NCBI GenBank assembly: GCA_038087875.1
Contig: CM075988.1
Location: 6,014,001-6,078,000, forward strand
Direction: 5' to 3'
Length of the DNA stretch: 64,000 bases
Source of the DNA: Malacoraja senta
Lineage: Eukaryota
Part shown: in pieces, positions 1 through 13,847 of the stretch
Layout: the number at the start of each line of letters is the position of its first letter
How positions within the stretch are numbered: position 1 is the stretch's first letter
Notes under the pieces: model-generated
The model's database searches: none
The model's input: the letters and a program-made list of their open reading frames with translations, nothing else
What the model was told of the DNA's origin: nothing
Position numbers and translations under genes: made by a program

Positions 1-120
1 CCTGCATCTGAGACCTTCGGGGATCTCTACCTGAAATGTCACCTACCCATGTTCTCCAGAGATGCTGCCTGTCCTATTAATTATTCCACTACTTTCAGTC
101 TTTTTTTTGGTCATGTTTAG

Positions 121-455
121 GTGGCATGGTGACGCAGCGGTAAAGTTGCTGCCTTACAGCGCCAGTGACCCGGGTTCCATCCTGCCTACGGGTGCTGTCT
201 GTACAGAGTTTGTACATTCTCCCCGTGACAGCTTGGGTTTTCCCCAGGTGCTCCGGTTTCCTCCCACACTCCAAAGACGTATATGCTCATGGTTAATTGT
301 CTTTGATAGAATTGCAAATTGTCCCTAATGTGTAGGATAGTGTTGGTGTATGGGGATCGCTGGTCGGTGAGGAGTCGGTAGGCCGAAGGACCTGTTTCGA
401 CATTGTATCTCTCAACTGAACTAAACTAAACTAAACTAAACTAAACTAAACTAAA
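121..455 (+). mobile_element. HE1/V-SINE (tRNA-derived)
   Basis: tRNA-like head, V-domain CTCCGGTTTCCTCCCACA, GGCCGAAGG.CCTG and (AAACT)n tail. Confidence 0.85.
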
Positions 456-654
456 CAAGATCTCAAGTGGCCAACTCTTGCTTCTCTCTCTTGTGTTCTT
501 ATGTTCTCAGTTAAGTACAGAGCCTCTTCAGTCTGCTCTCTCCCTGCCTTGCCAAGCTCTGTCAGTACCTGGGGACACGTGGGGTGAGCAGGGCAGCAAG
601 CTTTTACACCTTATATATTGTTACATGATAAAACCATTTTGCTTCACTGTTTTC

Positions 655-860
655 TTTTTACTAATACTTTTATTCATAAAACAAAAACAGACATACAGAC
701 TATTAACACGACCAAAGGCTGCCTATATTGGCAGTTAACAAACAGACAGTCATCAAATTAATATATCACCAACTTTATCAATAATACACTCAACCTCCCG
801 TGGCCTCCAGAGTCCCCGTGGACAGTGCATGTTCCCTCTCCAAGGACACGCGGGCACGAT
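655..860 (-). mobile_element. Tx1/L1-type 3' fragment
   Basis: Minus strand RARVSLEREHALSTGTLEA followed by AATAAA and an A-rich end. Confidence 0.5.
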
Positions 861-1846
861 TTTGCTTCACCGTGGGAGTGGACCAGCAGGTCAGTAATGT
901 AGAAACAAGTGGCTCAATTATTGATGCTTTCATCTTAGAATCTTTCAGCAGGTGGGAGTTAGGATTAGAAACTCAATCTGTAACAAACTCCTCTCTACTG
1001 TGTGAATTATTCAGTTCACCGGTCCATCACATCAAGCATATCAGACCTCTGTTCTTTTATAAATCTGTTTTTGTGCTCTTGACAATGTTTCTGTGTGTTT
1101 GCTATTGTCTAATGACTTCTTAAGTTCCATTCAGATGCTAAATTCGAGTGGTACATCGTGAAGGGTCTAAATTCATCCCTGTCCTTTCAGCCCATGAATG
1201 ATGGATATCTATATCTGACAAATATCTACGATAAAACAATACTCGCTGGTGGTTTATGTCCATAGTATGTTTAGATGCTACCCATCCTATTTCTCCAGAG
1301 ATGCTGCCTGACCAGCTGAGTTACTCCAGCGCTTTGTGTCTATCTTTGACATCTCGCTTAGATGCTCAGTCACTTAGTCATTCAGTCACTCCATCCTCAA
1401 AATGACAAAGAGAAAGATGATCCTTGCACAGCAACATGATCACCATCGACGGGTAATTATCATCGGATATATATTCAGTTGGAGTTCACTGGTCCAAGTG
1501 GAAATGCCTGATTTCCAGTGCCATGTGAAACCTCTCACATACCCTACTCCATTCCTCCTGGACCACGATCGTGGTTTAAATTAATATTGTTGCTTCTACA
1601 CCATCATGTTTTAAAGCCCTGGATCACATCATCGTCTCAAGCTCCTCTCCTGCTTTGCGAAGGCAAGATTCCCTCCCCTGCTGTCAAAGCAAGAATGAAA
1701 CGATTGAATATTTAAAGCAACTTATCATTTCATGAAGAGGCTTACAAAATAATTAATGATGACAGTGCTGGGGAGTCTGATGAACAGCTTCAAGCATTAC
1801 ATTCTCTTCCACAAAAAACATACTCATTTGTTTTCACTTTCTTGTT

Positions 1847-2028
1847 TAAGAAGGAACTGCAGATGCTGGAAAATCGAAGGTAGACAAAATTGCTGGAGAA
1901 ACTCAGCGGGTGCAGCAGCATCTATGGAGCGAAGGAAATAGGCAATGTTTCGGGCCGAAACGTTGCCTATTACCTTCGCTCCATAGATGCTGCTGCACCC
2001 ACTGAGTTTCTCCAGCACTTTTGTCTGC
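1847..2028. repeat. Penelope terminal-repeat foldback (about 70 bp arms)
   Basis: GACAAAATTGCTGGAGAAACTCAG...TTTCGG|GCCGAAA...CTGAGTTTCTCCAGCACTTTTGTC. Confidence 0.85.
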
Positions 2029-2912
2029 TTTCAGTTTCTTTTCAATAATTCACTTTCAACCACCGGTTGTCATGGAGAGGAACGTGGGTGGAAAGGTTTA
2101 GAGTCTGAAGAAGGACCTCGATCCGAATCGTCACCCATACCTTCTCTCCAGTGATGCTGCCTGTCCCGCTGAGTTACTCCAGCTTTCTGTGTCTATCTAA
2201 GGTTTAGAGGGACATGTGCCAAATGCGGGCATATAGGACCAGCTTGGATGGGGCATCTTAGTCAGCATGGACATGTTGGGCAGAAGGGCCTGTTTCCATG
2301 CTGTATGACTCCATGACTCTGTCTCTAGAACTCACCTGGTCAGTTATGTGTATCAGAGATAAAGGGCTGATCATTATTTTTCATCAATTGATGTACAATA
2401 GTGACACACATGAGATACGTGGAAAACTAGTGATAGAAAGCTTGGAGAATTATTAGTCTGAGGAAATTTTAATTTCCTAAAATTGCTCACTCATTGCATG
2501 CTAAAACTATGCTTTCTGAAGGTGTAGAACTGGTACAGTCATATGGTGTTTACATTACTGGACTTAAAGCCCATAGACGTGAGTTCTAATCCCAGCAAAA
2601 AGATTTAAATTCATTTTGTGAAATAAATTCTCAGAAGTAGTCAATGAGATTAAAGGTGATGATAAAACTACCACCTCATGAACCAGATGAAATCAGGCAT
2701 CTTTCTCTGATCTGGCCTCTATGTGGCTCCAGAGGAGGAAGCCCACACGGTCACAGGGAGAACATGCACACTCCGCACAGTCAGCAACCCGAAGTCAGGA
2801 TTGAACCTGGGTCTCTGGCACTGGGAGGCAGCAGCTCTACCAGCTGCGCCACTGTATCACCCTAATGTATTTACTTGCATCTACTGCCTTTGTTTGAACA
2901 CATCTGGAGCAA

Positions 2913-4028
2913 TGTGTAGGAAGGAACTGCAGATGCGGGTTTAAATCGAAGATTTAATCGAAGAGGAATATTTAACTTTAAGAAACAAAAAGTCCGTACG
3001 ACTAGAAAAACCTTTTGTATTTCGGTTTGTGGAGTAGGAGTGTGGAATAAATTGAACGGGGAATTGAAGCAATGCACAAACATGAATCATTTTAAAATGA
3101 TATATAAAAAAATAATGCTCAAGGGGTACAGGGATGGAGGGGATGGTTGACAAGTGGGGGTTGATGTTTATCTTGTTTACAATCGTTGATGTTTATCTTG
3201 TTACTATTGTTGATGTTTATCTTGTTTACTATTGTTCACTGATGTTGGGTACTTCAAATATGAAGATTGTATGTACATAATAGTTGTATGTATATATGTG
3301 TCTGTATGTATTATGGGAAATTGCCTAGGGCAGTACTATTATTAGTAAGGAATTGATTTTTAAATACGATAGAAGTGTTGGGGAAAAGGGGTGAGATTTA
3401 ATAAGTTATTCTTCTTCTCACTCCTTTTCGAGCTTGTACAGACTCTGAGTTGGACATTGGAACCTTGATTTTGTTCTTCTCATTTGTAAATGTTGATTGC
3501 AATGTTCAATTGTTTGATAATTTCGATTTTGTTAATATCAATGTCTTTAATGTCTTTACTTGTTCGGAATAAATAAATAAATAAATAAAATAAATAAATA
3601 AAGATAGACACAAAAAGCTGGAGTAACTCAGCGGGTCAGGCAGCATCTCTGGAGAGAAGGAATGAGTGACGTTTTGGGTCGAGACCCTTCTTTAGACTGA
3701 TGTCAGGGGAGTGGGCGGTACAGAGATAGAATGTAGTCGGAGACAGTAAGACTGGTCAGAGAATTGGGAAAGGGGAGGGGATGGAGAGAGAGGGAAAGCA
3801 AGGGCTACTGGAAGTTAGAGAAGTCAATGTTCATACCACTGGGGTGTAAGCTACCCAAGCGATATATGAGGTGCTGTTCATCCAATTTGTGCTGGGCCTC
3901 ACTCTGACAATGGAGGAGGCCCAGGACAAAAAGGTCAGTGTGGGAATGGGAGGGTTGAGCAACCGGGAGATCAGGTAGGTTTCGGCGGACTGAGCAGGTA
4001 CCACTGGGATGTAAGCTACCCAAGCAAA
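2913..4028 (-). mobile_element. Penelope-like 3' end interrupted by a LINE fragment
   Basis: EQHLIYRLGSLHPSGMNIDFSNF plus a terminal repeat split at AAGAT. Confidence 0.8.
2954..3600 (+). mobile_element. L2-group (Crack/Daphne-like) LINE 3' end
   Basis: Translates RGIFNFKKQKVRTTRKTFCISVCGVGVWNKL, ends in an (AAAT)n tail, TSD AAGAT at 2949-2953 and 3601-3605. Confidence 0.65.
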
Positions 4029-4934
4029 ATATCCTTTTGTTTCATCCTTTGAGGAAGAATGGGCTTGCCTTAGAGATGATTCAGCCACATGTCATTTGGT
4101 TGATTGTTGGGATGAAGAGGTTAGTTTATAAATAAGATCAAGACTCAAGAGTGATTAATTGTTACTGTATATATTCTGACAACGGAACAATGAAATTCTT
4201 ACTTAGGCAGCTTAACAGGCCCATAAATGAAACACGCACTAATACAATATAATAATCAATAATTCAATACACTAATAACCGCGATGATAAACTGTTCATT
4301 TATTTATCCATTTGTCTATTAATTAAATTATTTATTAAGATTAATTATTAAAAGAATGAGCTTTTATTATGTGAAGTTTGGAAGTCAGAGAGCTGATATC
4401 ATTGTATCACAGGCTGGGCGTTGAGGGTATTAAACAAAGTAGATGCTGTGTGAATCTTTCCCCAGGTGGGTAGTCTGAACCCAGGGACACCGTCTCATGG
4501 TAAGGAGTGATCCATGTAAGACTGAAATGAGGAGCATTCTCTTCTCTCAGAGAGTTGCAAATCCTAGAAAATGTTGGTTGTTGCCAAGATAGATAGGGGA
4601 ACTCAAAAGGTATATAAGGGATTGGATAGGACCATTGAATTACAGCCAAAAATCACAATAGACATGGTCTTAGTTTTGTGCTCAGGGGGCTGCATGGACT
4701 GCTCTTGCTCTTGCTTCTTATGTCCTTATGTAAGTGTTTTCAGCTGGAAGCTAGAGGCCCTGAGCAGATTCTCAAGTTGACCTAGTTGTACTGGAGACAC
4801 TGCAAGACAGAGCAGGAATGCTGGAAGTTCTAAGGCTGCCGACTAACAGTCTGAAGCCCATTGTCTTTTCCCCCCTCGCAAACCTTCTTCAAACGGCCTG
4901 AGGATCAATTTACACCTTCGACATTCGACATTGG

Positions 4935-5247
4935 TGGCATGGTGGTGCAGCGGTAGAGTTGCTGCCTTACAGCACCAGAAACCCGGGTTCCATCCTGACT
5001 ACGGGTGCTGTCTGTACAGAGTTTGTACGTTCTCCCCGTGACCTGTGTGGGTTTTCTCCGGGATCTCCGGTTTCCTCCCACACTCCAAAGACGTACAGGA
5101 TTGTAGGTTAATTGGCTTGGTATAATTGTATATGTTCCTCATGTGTGTAGGATAGCGTTAGTGTGCGGAGATCGCTGGTCGGCGCGGACTGGGTGGGCCG
5201 AAGGGCCTGTTTCTGTGCTGTATCTCTAAACTAAACTAAACTAAACT
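4935..5247 (+). mobile_element. HE1/V-SINE
   Basis: Full-length copy with the same motifs as 121-455. Confidence 0.85.
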
Positions 5248-6832
5248 ATCCTCCATGTATGGTTTGCAACTGAAGACAGGCACAAAATGCTGGAAGAACT
5301 CAGCGGGTCAGGCAGCAACCCTGGAAAAAGGAATAGGTGGCATTTCGGGCCGAGACCGTTCTTCGGACTGAGAGTCAGGGGAGAGGGAAACTAGAGATAT
5401 GAAAAGGTACAAGAAACAAAAGAATGAAAGGTATGAAAAGATCTAATCAAAGCCAGCAAGGATGATGAAAGAAAGGCGGAGCCCACAATGGTCCATTGTT
5501 GGCTGTGGAAGCGGTGATATCAAGAGGGTATGAACTGAAATTAAGCAAGACGACAATGAAACTAGTAGGACGATTAGGGTAGGGGAGGGTTGGAGAGAGA
5601 GTGAATTCAAGGATGACTGAAAATTAGAGAAATCAATATTTACTTAAAATGAGAGAAATCAACATTTACTTAAGATTAGAGAAATCAATATTCACTCATC
5701 TACATTTTAATTTATGACACACTGTGTTTATTGGCGCTTAAACCTCTCTGTGGTCAATACTTCCTTTATGTCCTTTTCACTGAAAATGAGCAGGATGTCA
5801 TCTATTATTCAGTGAACTCTCAGAGATTAATTATGACCTCAATGGTGGATCTTGGCACTGTCATTCAATGTGGCTCCGTGCTTGTTTACGGTGGAACTTT
5901 GCCATGTCCCTGGACGTTAATAAGGTGGAAAGTTAGGACCAGACTTGATACTTGAGAATCGAGCTGAATGATTTATTGCTCTTTGCTTCAGCCTTCTAAT
6001 AGATCTGAGGTTTCACTTCGCCCGCCATGTGAAATTGCAGTTTGTTAACAAACCGAAGGGAAAAAGAGGAGTACAATTGTAAAATTCTATTTTCTCACGG
6101 TACTTTACAAGAATTCAGAACAAAATCCAATTGAGCTGAAGGTGGTCACTTAATTGGAGTGTGCCGTGACTCTGGCTCCTCTGGTGATCAGCTTGTGTGG
6201 TCTGTACACTGCTCTGTAAGCCTATATGTCTCAAGGGAGCGTAGTCATGGTGATCTGTGGCTGGCTGAAGTCACTGAAGAGCTTGTGTTTCTTGCTGATG
6301 AAGACTACCTATTCATTGGGTCTTGAGTATCTTGCAGAAGGTTATTACTGGAATTTCATTGCAAATATTGCCCTTATTAGTCAGAACCCTTCTCCACCCT
6401 AGTTTCTAGGACCTCAAAGGATTGTCGAATGTTTTCAGCATGGATGAAGGTTATTCAGCCCATCCAATCTATACTGGTTGTGTGCTAGAACAGTCCACCT
6501 AGCCCCACTCCCTCACCTTGCTCATTCTTTCCTTTCCAATCCAGTTACCCTTTAGAGGTTGTAATTGAACCTACTTCCACTAATATGAAGAGAATGGGGT
6601 TGAGAGGCAAAGATAGATCAGCCATGCTTGAATGGCGGAGCAAACTTGATGGGCCAAATGACCTAATTCTGCCCCTCGAACCCATGAGGAGTGGCAAGTT
6701 GCTGGCTTATTGTGCTAGAGCCCGGGTTCGATCCTGACTATGGGCGCTTGTCTGAATGGAATTTGTATGTTTTCCCTGTGACCTTGACACAGGTCTCCCT
6801 CTCACCTTGACAGCCAGATGGGGGGTTATGTG

Positions 6833-7188
6833 GGACGACAGATGGCGCAATGGGCTAAGTGTTCGGCTGGCAACCGGAAGGTAGCCGGTTCGAATCCCGC
6901 TTGGAGTGCATACTGTCGTTGTGTCCTTGGGCAAGACACTTCACCCACCTTTGCCTGCGTGTGAATGTGTGTGAATGTGTGTGAATGTGTGTGAGTGATT
7001 GGTGGTGGTCGGAGGGGCCGTAGGCGCAAATTAGCAGCCACGCTTCCGTCAGTCTGCCCCAGGGCAGCTGTGGCAACAGAAGTAGCTTACCACCACCGAG
7101 TGTGACTGATGAGTGAATGAATAATGCGATGTAAAGCGCCTTGAGTATTAGAAAGGCGCTATATAAATCCCATCCATTATTATTATTA
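6833..7188 (+). mobile_element. tRNA-derived SINE with CORE-like centre and L2-type tail
   Basis: A box TGGCGCAATGG, B box GGTTCGAATCCC and GTGTCCTTGGGCAAGACAC. Tail TGTAAAGCGCCTTGAG...GCGCTATATAAAT(ATT)n. TSD TTATGTG at 6826-6832 and 7189-7195. Confidence 0.8.
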
Positions 7189-8095
7189 TTATGTGAGGAT
7201 GCTGTTCATTAACTTCAGTTCAGCCTTCAACACGATAGTCCCCACCAAACTTGCTGAGAAGCTGCTGGAACTGGGACTTAACACTCCCCTGTGTGCCTGG
7301 GTCCTGGACTTTCTCACCGCCAGGCCCCAGGTAGTCAAGATGGGAAGACATACATTGAACACCCTCACCCTGAACACAGGATCCCCCCCAGGGTTGCGTC
7401 CTCAGCCCCCGTCTGTACTCCCTATACACACATGACTGTGTGGCTAGGTTCAGCTCCAACTCTATAATCAAGTTTGCTGATGACACTGTGGTGGTGGGCC
7501 TGATCTCCGATAACGATGAGAAGGCCTACCGGGAGGAGGTGGCTGATCTGGCACTCTGGTGTCAGGACAACAGCCTCCTCTTGAATGTCATAAAAACTAA
7601 GGAGCTGATTGTGGACTAGAGAAGGGCACAACATCTGAGGACATACACACCATTGAGGATAAATGGGGATACGGTGGACAGGGTGAGCTGCTTTAAATAC
7701 CTGGGAGTCCACATCACAGAGGATTTAACATGGACATCACACGCTGCTGCACTGGTGAGTAAGGCAAGGCAGCTCCTTTACCACCTCAGGCAATTGAGGA
7801 AATTCAGAGTCTTCAATACTTCCACTCGGGGGCTGTAGAAAGCATCTTGTCCGGCAACATCACAATCTGGTTTGGGAACTGCTCTGCCCAGGACAAGGAG
7901 GCTCTGCAGAGAGTAATGCGTTCAGCCGAACGCACTATGGGAACTCCACTCGCCCCCCTGTAGGACCTATACACCAGAAGGTGCAGATCCAGAGCCAGCA
8001 ACATTATGGGGGACCCCTACCACCCCAGCAAAGGACTGTTCCAGCTGCTACGGTCAGGCAAATGCCTCCGCTGTCATGCTGTGTAAACAGAGAGG

Positions 8096-10646
8096 ATAGA
8101 AACATAGAAACATAGAAAATAGGTGCAGGAGTAGGCCATTCGGCCCTTCGAGCCTGCACCGCCATTCAATATGATCATGGCTGATCATCCAACTCAGTAT
8201 CCTGTACCTGCCTTCTCGCCATAACCCCTGATCCCTTTAGCCACAAGGTCCACATCTAACTCCCTCTTAAATATAGCCAATGAACTGGCCTCAACTACCT
8301 TCTGTGGCAGAGAATTCCAGAGATTCACCACTCTCTGTGTGAAATTTTTTTTCTCATCTCGGTCCTAAAGGATTACCCCTTTATCCTGAAACTGTGACCC
8401 CTTGTCCTGGACTTCCCCAACATCGGGAACAATCTTCCTGCATCTAGCCTGTCCAACCCCTTAAGAATTTTGTAAGCTTCTATAAGATCCCCCCTCAATC
8501 TTCTAAATTCTAGCGAGTACAAGCCAAGTCTATCCAGTCTTTCTTCAAATGAAAGTCCTGACATCCCAGGAATCAGTCTGGTGAACGTTTTCTGTACTCC
8601 CTCTATGGCAAGAATGTCTTTCCTCAGATTTGGAGACCAAAACTGTACGCAATACTCCAGGTGTGGTCTCACCAAGACCCTGTACAACTGCAGTAGAACC
8701 TCCCTGCTCCTGTACTCAAATCCTTTTGCTATGAATGCTAACATACCATTCGCTTTCTTCACTGCCTGCTGCACCTGCATGCCTACTTTCAATGACTGGT
8801 GTACCATGACACCCAGGTCTCGTTGCATCTCCCCTTTTCCTAATCGGCCACCATTTAGATAATAGTCTACTTTCCTATTTTTGCCAACAAAGTGGATAAC
8901 CTCACATTTATCCACATTATACTGCATCTGCCATGCATTTGCCCACTCACCCAGCCTATCCAAGTCACCTTGCAGCCTCCTAGCATCCTCCTCACAGCTA
9001 ACACTGCCCCCCAGCTTCAAGTCATCCGCAAACTTGGAGATGTTGCATTCAATTCCCTCGTCCAAATCATTAATATATATTGTAAATAGCTGGGGTCCCA
9101 GCACTGAGCCTTGCGGTACCCCATTAGTCACTGCCTGCCATTCTGAAAAGGACCCGTTTACTCCTACTCTTTGCTTCCTGTTTGCCAGCCAGTTCTCTAT
9201 CCACATCAATACTGAACGCCCAATACCGTGTGCTTTAAGTTTGCATACTAATCTCTTATGTGGGACCTTGTCGAAAGCCTTCTGAAAGTCCAGATATAAC
9301 ACATCCACTGGTTCTCCCTTATCCACTCTACTAGTTACATCCTCGAAAAATTCTATAAGATTTGTCAGACATGATTTATCTTTCGTAAATCCATGCTGAC
9401 TTTGTCCAATGATTTCACCCCTTTCCAAATGTGCTGCTATGCCATCTTTAATAACTGACTCTAGCAGTTTCCCCACTACCGATGTTAGACTAACTGGTCT
9501 GTAATTCCCCGTTTTCTCTCTCCCTCCCTTTTTAAAAAGTGGGGTTACATTAGCTACCCTCCAATCCTGAGGAACTACTCCAAAATCTAAGGAGTTTTGA
9601 AAAATTATCACTAATGCATCCATTATTTCTGGGGCTACTTCCTTATGTACTCTGGGATGCAGCCTATCTGGCCCTGGGGATTTATCGGCCTTTAATCCAT
9701 TCAATTTACCTAACACCACTTCCCGGCTAACCTGGATTTCACTCAGTTCCCCCATCTCATTTGACCCACGGTCCCCTGCTATTTCCGGCAGATTATTTAT
9801 GTCTTCCTCAGTGAAGACAGAACCAAAGTAGTTATTCAATTGGTCTGCCATGTCCTTGTTCCCCATGATCAATTCACCTGTTTCTGACTGCAAGGGACCT
9901 ACATTTGTTTTAACTAATCTCTTTCTCTTCACATATCTATAAAAACTTTTGCAGTCAGTTTTTATGTTCCCTGCCAGTTTTCTTTCATAATCTATTTTCC
10001 CTTTCCTAATTAAGCCATTTGTCCTCCTCTGCTGAACTCTGAATTTCTCCCAGTCCTCTGGTAGGCTGCTTTTTCTGGCTAATTTGTACGCTTCATCTTT
10101 TGTTTTGATACTATCCCTGATTTCCCTTGTTATCCACGGATGCACTACCTTCCCTAATTTATTCTTTTGCCAAACTGGGATGAACAATTGTTGTAGTTCG
10201 TCCATGCAGTCTTTAAATGCCTTCCATTGCATATCCACCGTCAACCCTTTAAAAATGAATTGCCGGTCAATCTTGGCCAATTCACGTCTCATACCCTCAA
10301 AGTTACCTTTCTTTAAGTTCAGAACCCTTGTTTCTGAATTAACAATGTCACTCTCCATCCTAATGAAGAACTCAACCATATTATGGTCACTCTTGCCCAA
10401 GGGGCCACGCACAACAAGACTGCTAACTAACCCTTCCTCATTACTCAATACCCAGTCTAGAATAGCCTGCTCTCTCGTTGGTTCCTCTACATGTTGGTTT
10501 AGAAAACTATCCTGCATACATTCCAAGAAATCCTCTTCCTCAGCACCCCTGCCAATTTGATTCACCCAATCTATATGTAGATTGAAATCACCCATTATAA
10601 CTGTTTTACCTTTGTTGCACGCATTTCTAATTTCCTGTTTGATGCC
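8096..10646 (-). mobile_element. CR1 LINE, 5'-truncated within the endonuclease domain; ORF2 largely open
   Basis: ORF 8373-10667 has MGDFN, SDHN, PGPD, LDFQKAFD, PQGSVLGP and FADD. (TTCTATGT)n tail at about 8096-8118. The ORF ends early (RIKG*) relative to the second copy. Confidence 0.93.
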
Positions 10647-11975
10647 GGAGACGGAGTTTCTTCCCACAGACCATCAGGACTGTAAACTCTTATCTTACCA
10701 GAGACTAATTTACTGTTCTGTTGTGTCTTTAAAAAACATTTTTTTTTTCTTCTAACATGTAAATACTGTTTCTGTTCTATTCTGTTCTGTATTTTTTGCA
10801 CAATCCGCAGGCATTGCTACTTTCATTTCACTGCACATCTTGTATGTGTATGTGACAAATAAACTTGACTTGACTTGACTTGACCTGTGTGTGTTTTCTC
10901 CGGGTTCTCCGGTTTCCTCCCACGCTCCAAAGACGTACAGGTTTGTTGGTTAATTGGCTTGATGTAATTGCAAATTGTCCCTAGTGTGTGTAAGATTGTG
11001 TTAATCTGCGAAGATAGCTGGTTGGCACGGAATCGGTGGGCCGAAGGGCCTATTTCCGCTCTGTATCTCCAAACTAAACTAAACTAAACCTTTGCTCACA
11101 GTGGGGTCCAGACCTCATAATGCTCCATGTAAACATGTTTCGCCATATGTTATTTTGTTTCTGTTGCAGTCACTATCATTCTATGTTCCAAGGATGTTGT
11201 TTATAGGACCAAGAGGCAAATGGGTTAAACATCTTGGTCAGCATGGATGAGTTGGGCCTGATTCCATCCTGTATAACACACAGCAATGGGATCAGTTTCT
11301 CTCTAGCCATCTTGTCTAAGCTTGACATGGTCTCCCACAACCTCTTCCGTTCTAAAGAGAAGTCTTGCATCCACAATACTGAAGTTATTTATCCCCAAAA
11401 TCATTTTAGTAAAACAGAAGGTGCTGGAAGAACTCAGTCTGAAGAGGGACCCCGATCTGAAATATTACCTGTACATTCCCTCTACCGATGCTTTGTTAAG
11501 GTTAGTTTAAAGATACAGCGCAGAAACAAGCCCTTTGCCCACCGAGTTCACGCCCACCAGCAATCCACGTACACTAGCACTATCCTACACACTAGGGACA
11601 ATTTACATTTTTTTCCGAAGCCAATTAACCTACAAACCTGTATGTCTTTGGAGTGTGGGGGGGAATCGGAGCACCCGGGAAAACCCATGCACAGGAACAG
11701 AACTTGTAATCAGGATCAAAGTTTATGAGGAGTTACGTTGAGGGACTACGTGAAGAAGAGCCCGTCCAGCCGCACCCGCGTCAATCTTCAAAGCAGCGGT
11801 GTGAAATCACAGACAACAATTACTGAAGTATGATAGTAAGCTACGTAAAGACTAGAACTACCAGCTCGATCTTTATGAGGGTTGGGAGTGGAGGGCACGT
11901 AGTCCCTCATCGTAACTCCTCATAAAATAAAGATCAAACTTCAAACTGGTAAGTTCTCGTTTAATCTTACTATTT

Positions 11976-12677
11976 ATATCTAACCCGTTTATATCAACGG
12001 GTCGATGGTTGAAAGGGTCAAGAGCTTCAAATTCCTGGGAGTGCACATCTCTGAAGATCTTTCCTGGTCCGAGAACAATGATGCCATTATTAAGAAAGCA
12101 CATCAGCGCCTCTACTTCCTGAGAAGATTACGGAGAGTCGGTTTGTCAAGGAGGACTCTCTCTAACTTCTACAGGTGCACAGTAGAGAGCATGCTGACCG
12201 GTTGCATCGTGGCTTGGTTCGGCAACTTGAGTGCCCTGGAGAGGAAAAGACTACAAAAATTTGTAAACACTGCCCAGTCCATCATCGGCTCTGACCTCCC
12301 TTCCATTGAGGGGATCTACCACAGTCGCTGCCTCAAAAAGGCTGGCAGCATCATCAAGGACCCACACCATCCTGGCCACACACTCATCTCCCTACTACCT
12401 TCAGGTAGAAGGTACAGGAGCCTGAAGACTGCAACGACCAGGTTCAGGAACAGCTACTTCCCCACAGCCATCAGGCTATTAAACCTGGCTCGGACATAAC
12501 ACTGAACTTTACTAGCCAATACTGTTTACTTTATCAGTTTATTGACCATTGTGTATATATTTATAGAATGCCTTGTAGTAAATGCCTACTATGTTCTGTT
12601 GTGCTCAAGCAAAGCAAGAATTTCATTGTCCTACCAGGGACACATGACAATAAACTCACTTGACTTGACTTGACTTG
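11976..12677 (+). mobile_element. Rex1/Babar 3' fragment inserted in the DIRS ICR
   Basis: ORF 12005-12499 (FKFLGVHI, QRLYFLRRL, NSYFPTAIRLLN), (CTTGA)n tail, TSD ACTATTT at 11969-11975 and 12678-12684. Confidence 0.9.
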
Positions 12678-12848
12678 ACTATTTTACTTCGGAGTCACGT
12701 GAGTGACTACGTGAAGATTTCAAAGCTCTGTGATTTCACGCCGTAGATTCAAATCCAGGCGTCTCACTGCATTGATTGACTCTAAATAAGTAAAGCAATC
12801 AACAATGCATAACCACAACATGGATGCAACCAGTTAATGGTTAATTTA

Positions 12849-13847
12849 TCACCACAGTAGTAACCCCTTTATCACAAGGGGAAACTTAATACTGAATCCA
12901 AAACAGCACCACCAAATAACCACAGGTACTATAATCTCCTTATGGTAATACTTGTGAAACATCCTTTCACTTTGTCGTGTGGCCGCGAGGATATGTTCTA
13001 TTGGAACATCCAAATCCTTGGCCGCCGATGTTGATGGCGCCCTGGTGGAATGAGATTTAAATTTGTCAGTATCAATACCTGCATCAAGCAACACCTGCTT
13101 CAGCCATCTTGAAATAGTCTGAACCGACACTTTCTTATGCAGTTATTTATGGCTGATAAAGAATGCTGATACTGCACCTCTTAAGGTTCTGGTGGCTTCA
13201 ATGTAACATCGTAAATGTGATGCTACACATAGACGTGGATCCGTAGGATATGCTGAAAACCCCAACTTACATCCTGTGATTCCAGGTCAGAGTTTAAGCA
13301 AATCATAGACATAGAACGCAATAGTATCTGTTGCTATTTCCATCATGTCTATTCATAGTTTCTGCAATGTTTGCACTCTCTGTGCTGAAAACAGTGCCCT
13401 GAGCATGACTACCTTCATGGTAATTTAGGCCAAGGACAGCACTGCAATAGGAGTCCATTGACGAAAAAGCATTAACATATCTCTTACATTCCGGATTTCT
13501 GTATACCTGTGTCTAGGAGGCTTAGAATTGAAAATTCCCTTCATAAATCTACAGACCAAAGGGTGTGACCCTACAAAATTTTGTTCTGATTCCCTCCATA
13601 GATATGCAGAGAGGGCACTCCTTGCAGTATTGATAGCACTATAGCTTAACTGCCAATCAAAATAAAGAGTTGACAGAAACTCTAACACGTCTGAGATGTC
13701 TGCAGTGTGATATGTAATATTCTGCCTTAAGCAAAAAATATCCCATTTCCTTATGTAAGAAATGTACTGCTTCTGGGTACTATCCCTCCAGGTTGCCGCA
13801 ATAACATCCACAGTACGATCTGATAGTCCTCTTCCGAGATATGGCAC
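12849..13847 (-). pseudogene. DIRS tyrosine recombinase, frameshifted
   Basis: WRDSTQKQY..W, SAINTARSALS, HPLVCRFMKGIFNSKPP, TISRWLK and FKSHSTRA. Confidence 0.85.

Larger units (their letters stand above)
6786..10883 (+). mobile_element. Rex1/Babar LINE 3' part, interrupted by a SINE and a CR1
   Basis: [31 protein letters not shown] and FKYLGVHI. Resumes at 10647 (RSFFPQTIR) and ends AATAAA(CTTGA)n. Confidence 0.85.
6689..11088 (+). mobile_element. HE1/V-SINE split in two (6689-6785 and 10884-11088) by the Rex1 insertion
   Basis: The 5' half ends CCCTGTGACCT; the 3' half resumes CCTGTGTGTGTTTTCTCCGGG...(AAACT)n. Confidence 0.8.

Noticed and set aside
6833..6910. tRNA gene
   Set aside because: It has A and B boxes but continues into a SINE body and tail with a TSD.
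8581..10560. Plus-strand ORFs of 93-158 aa
   Set aside because: Antisense to CR1 ORF2.
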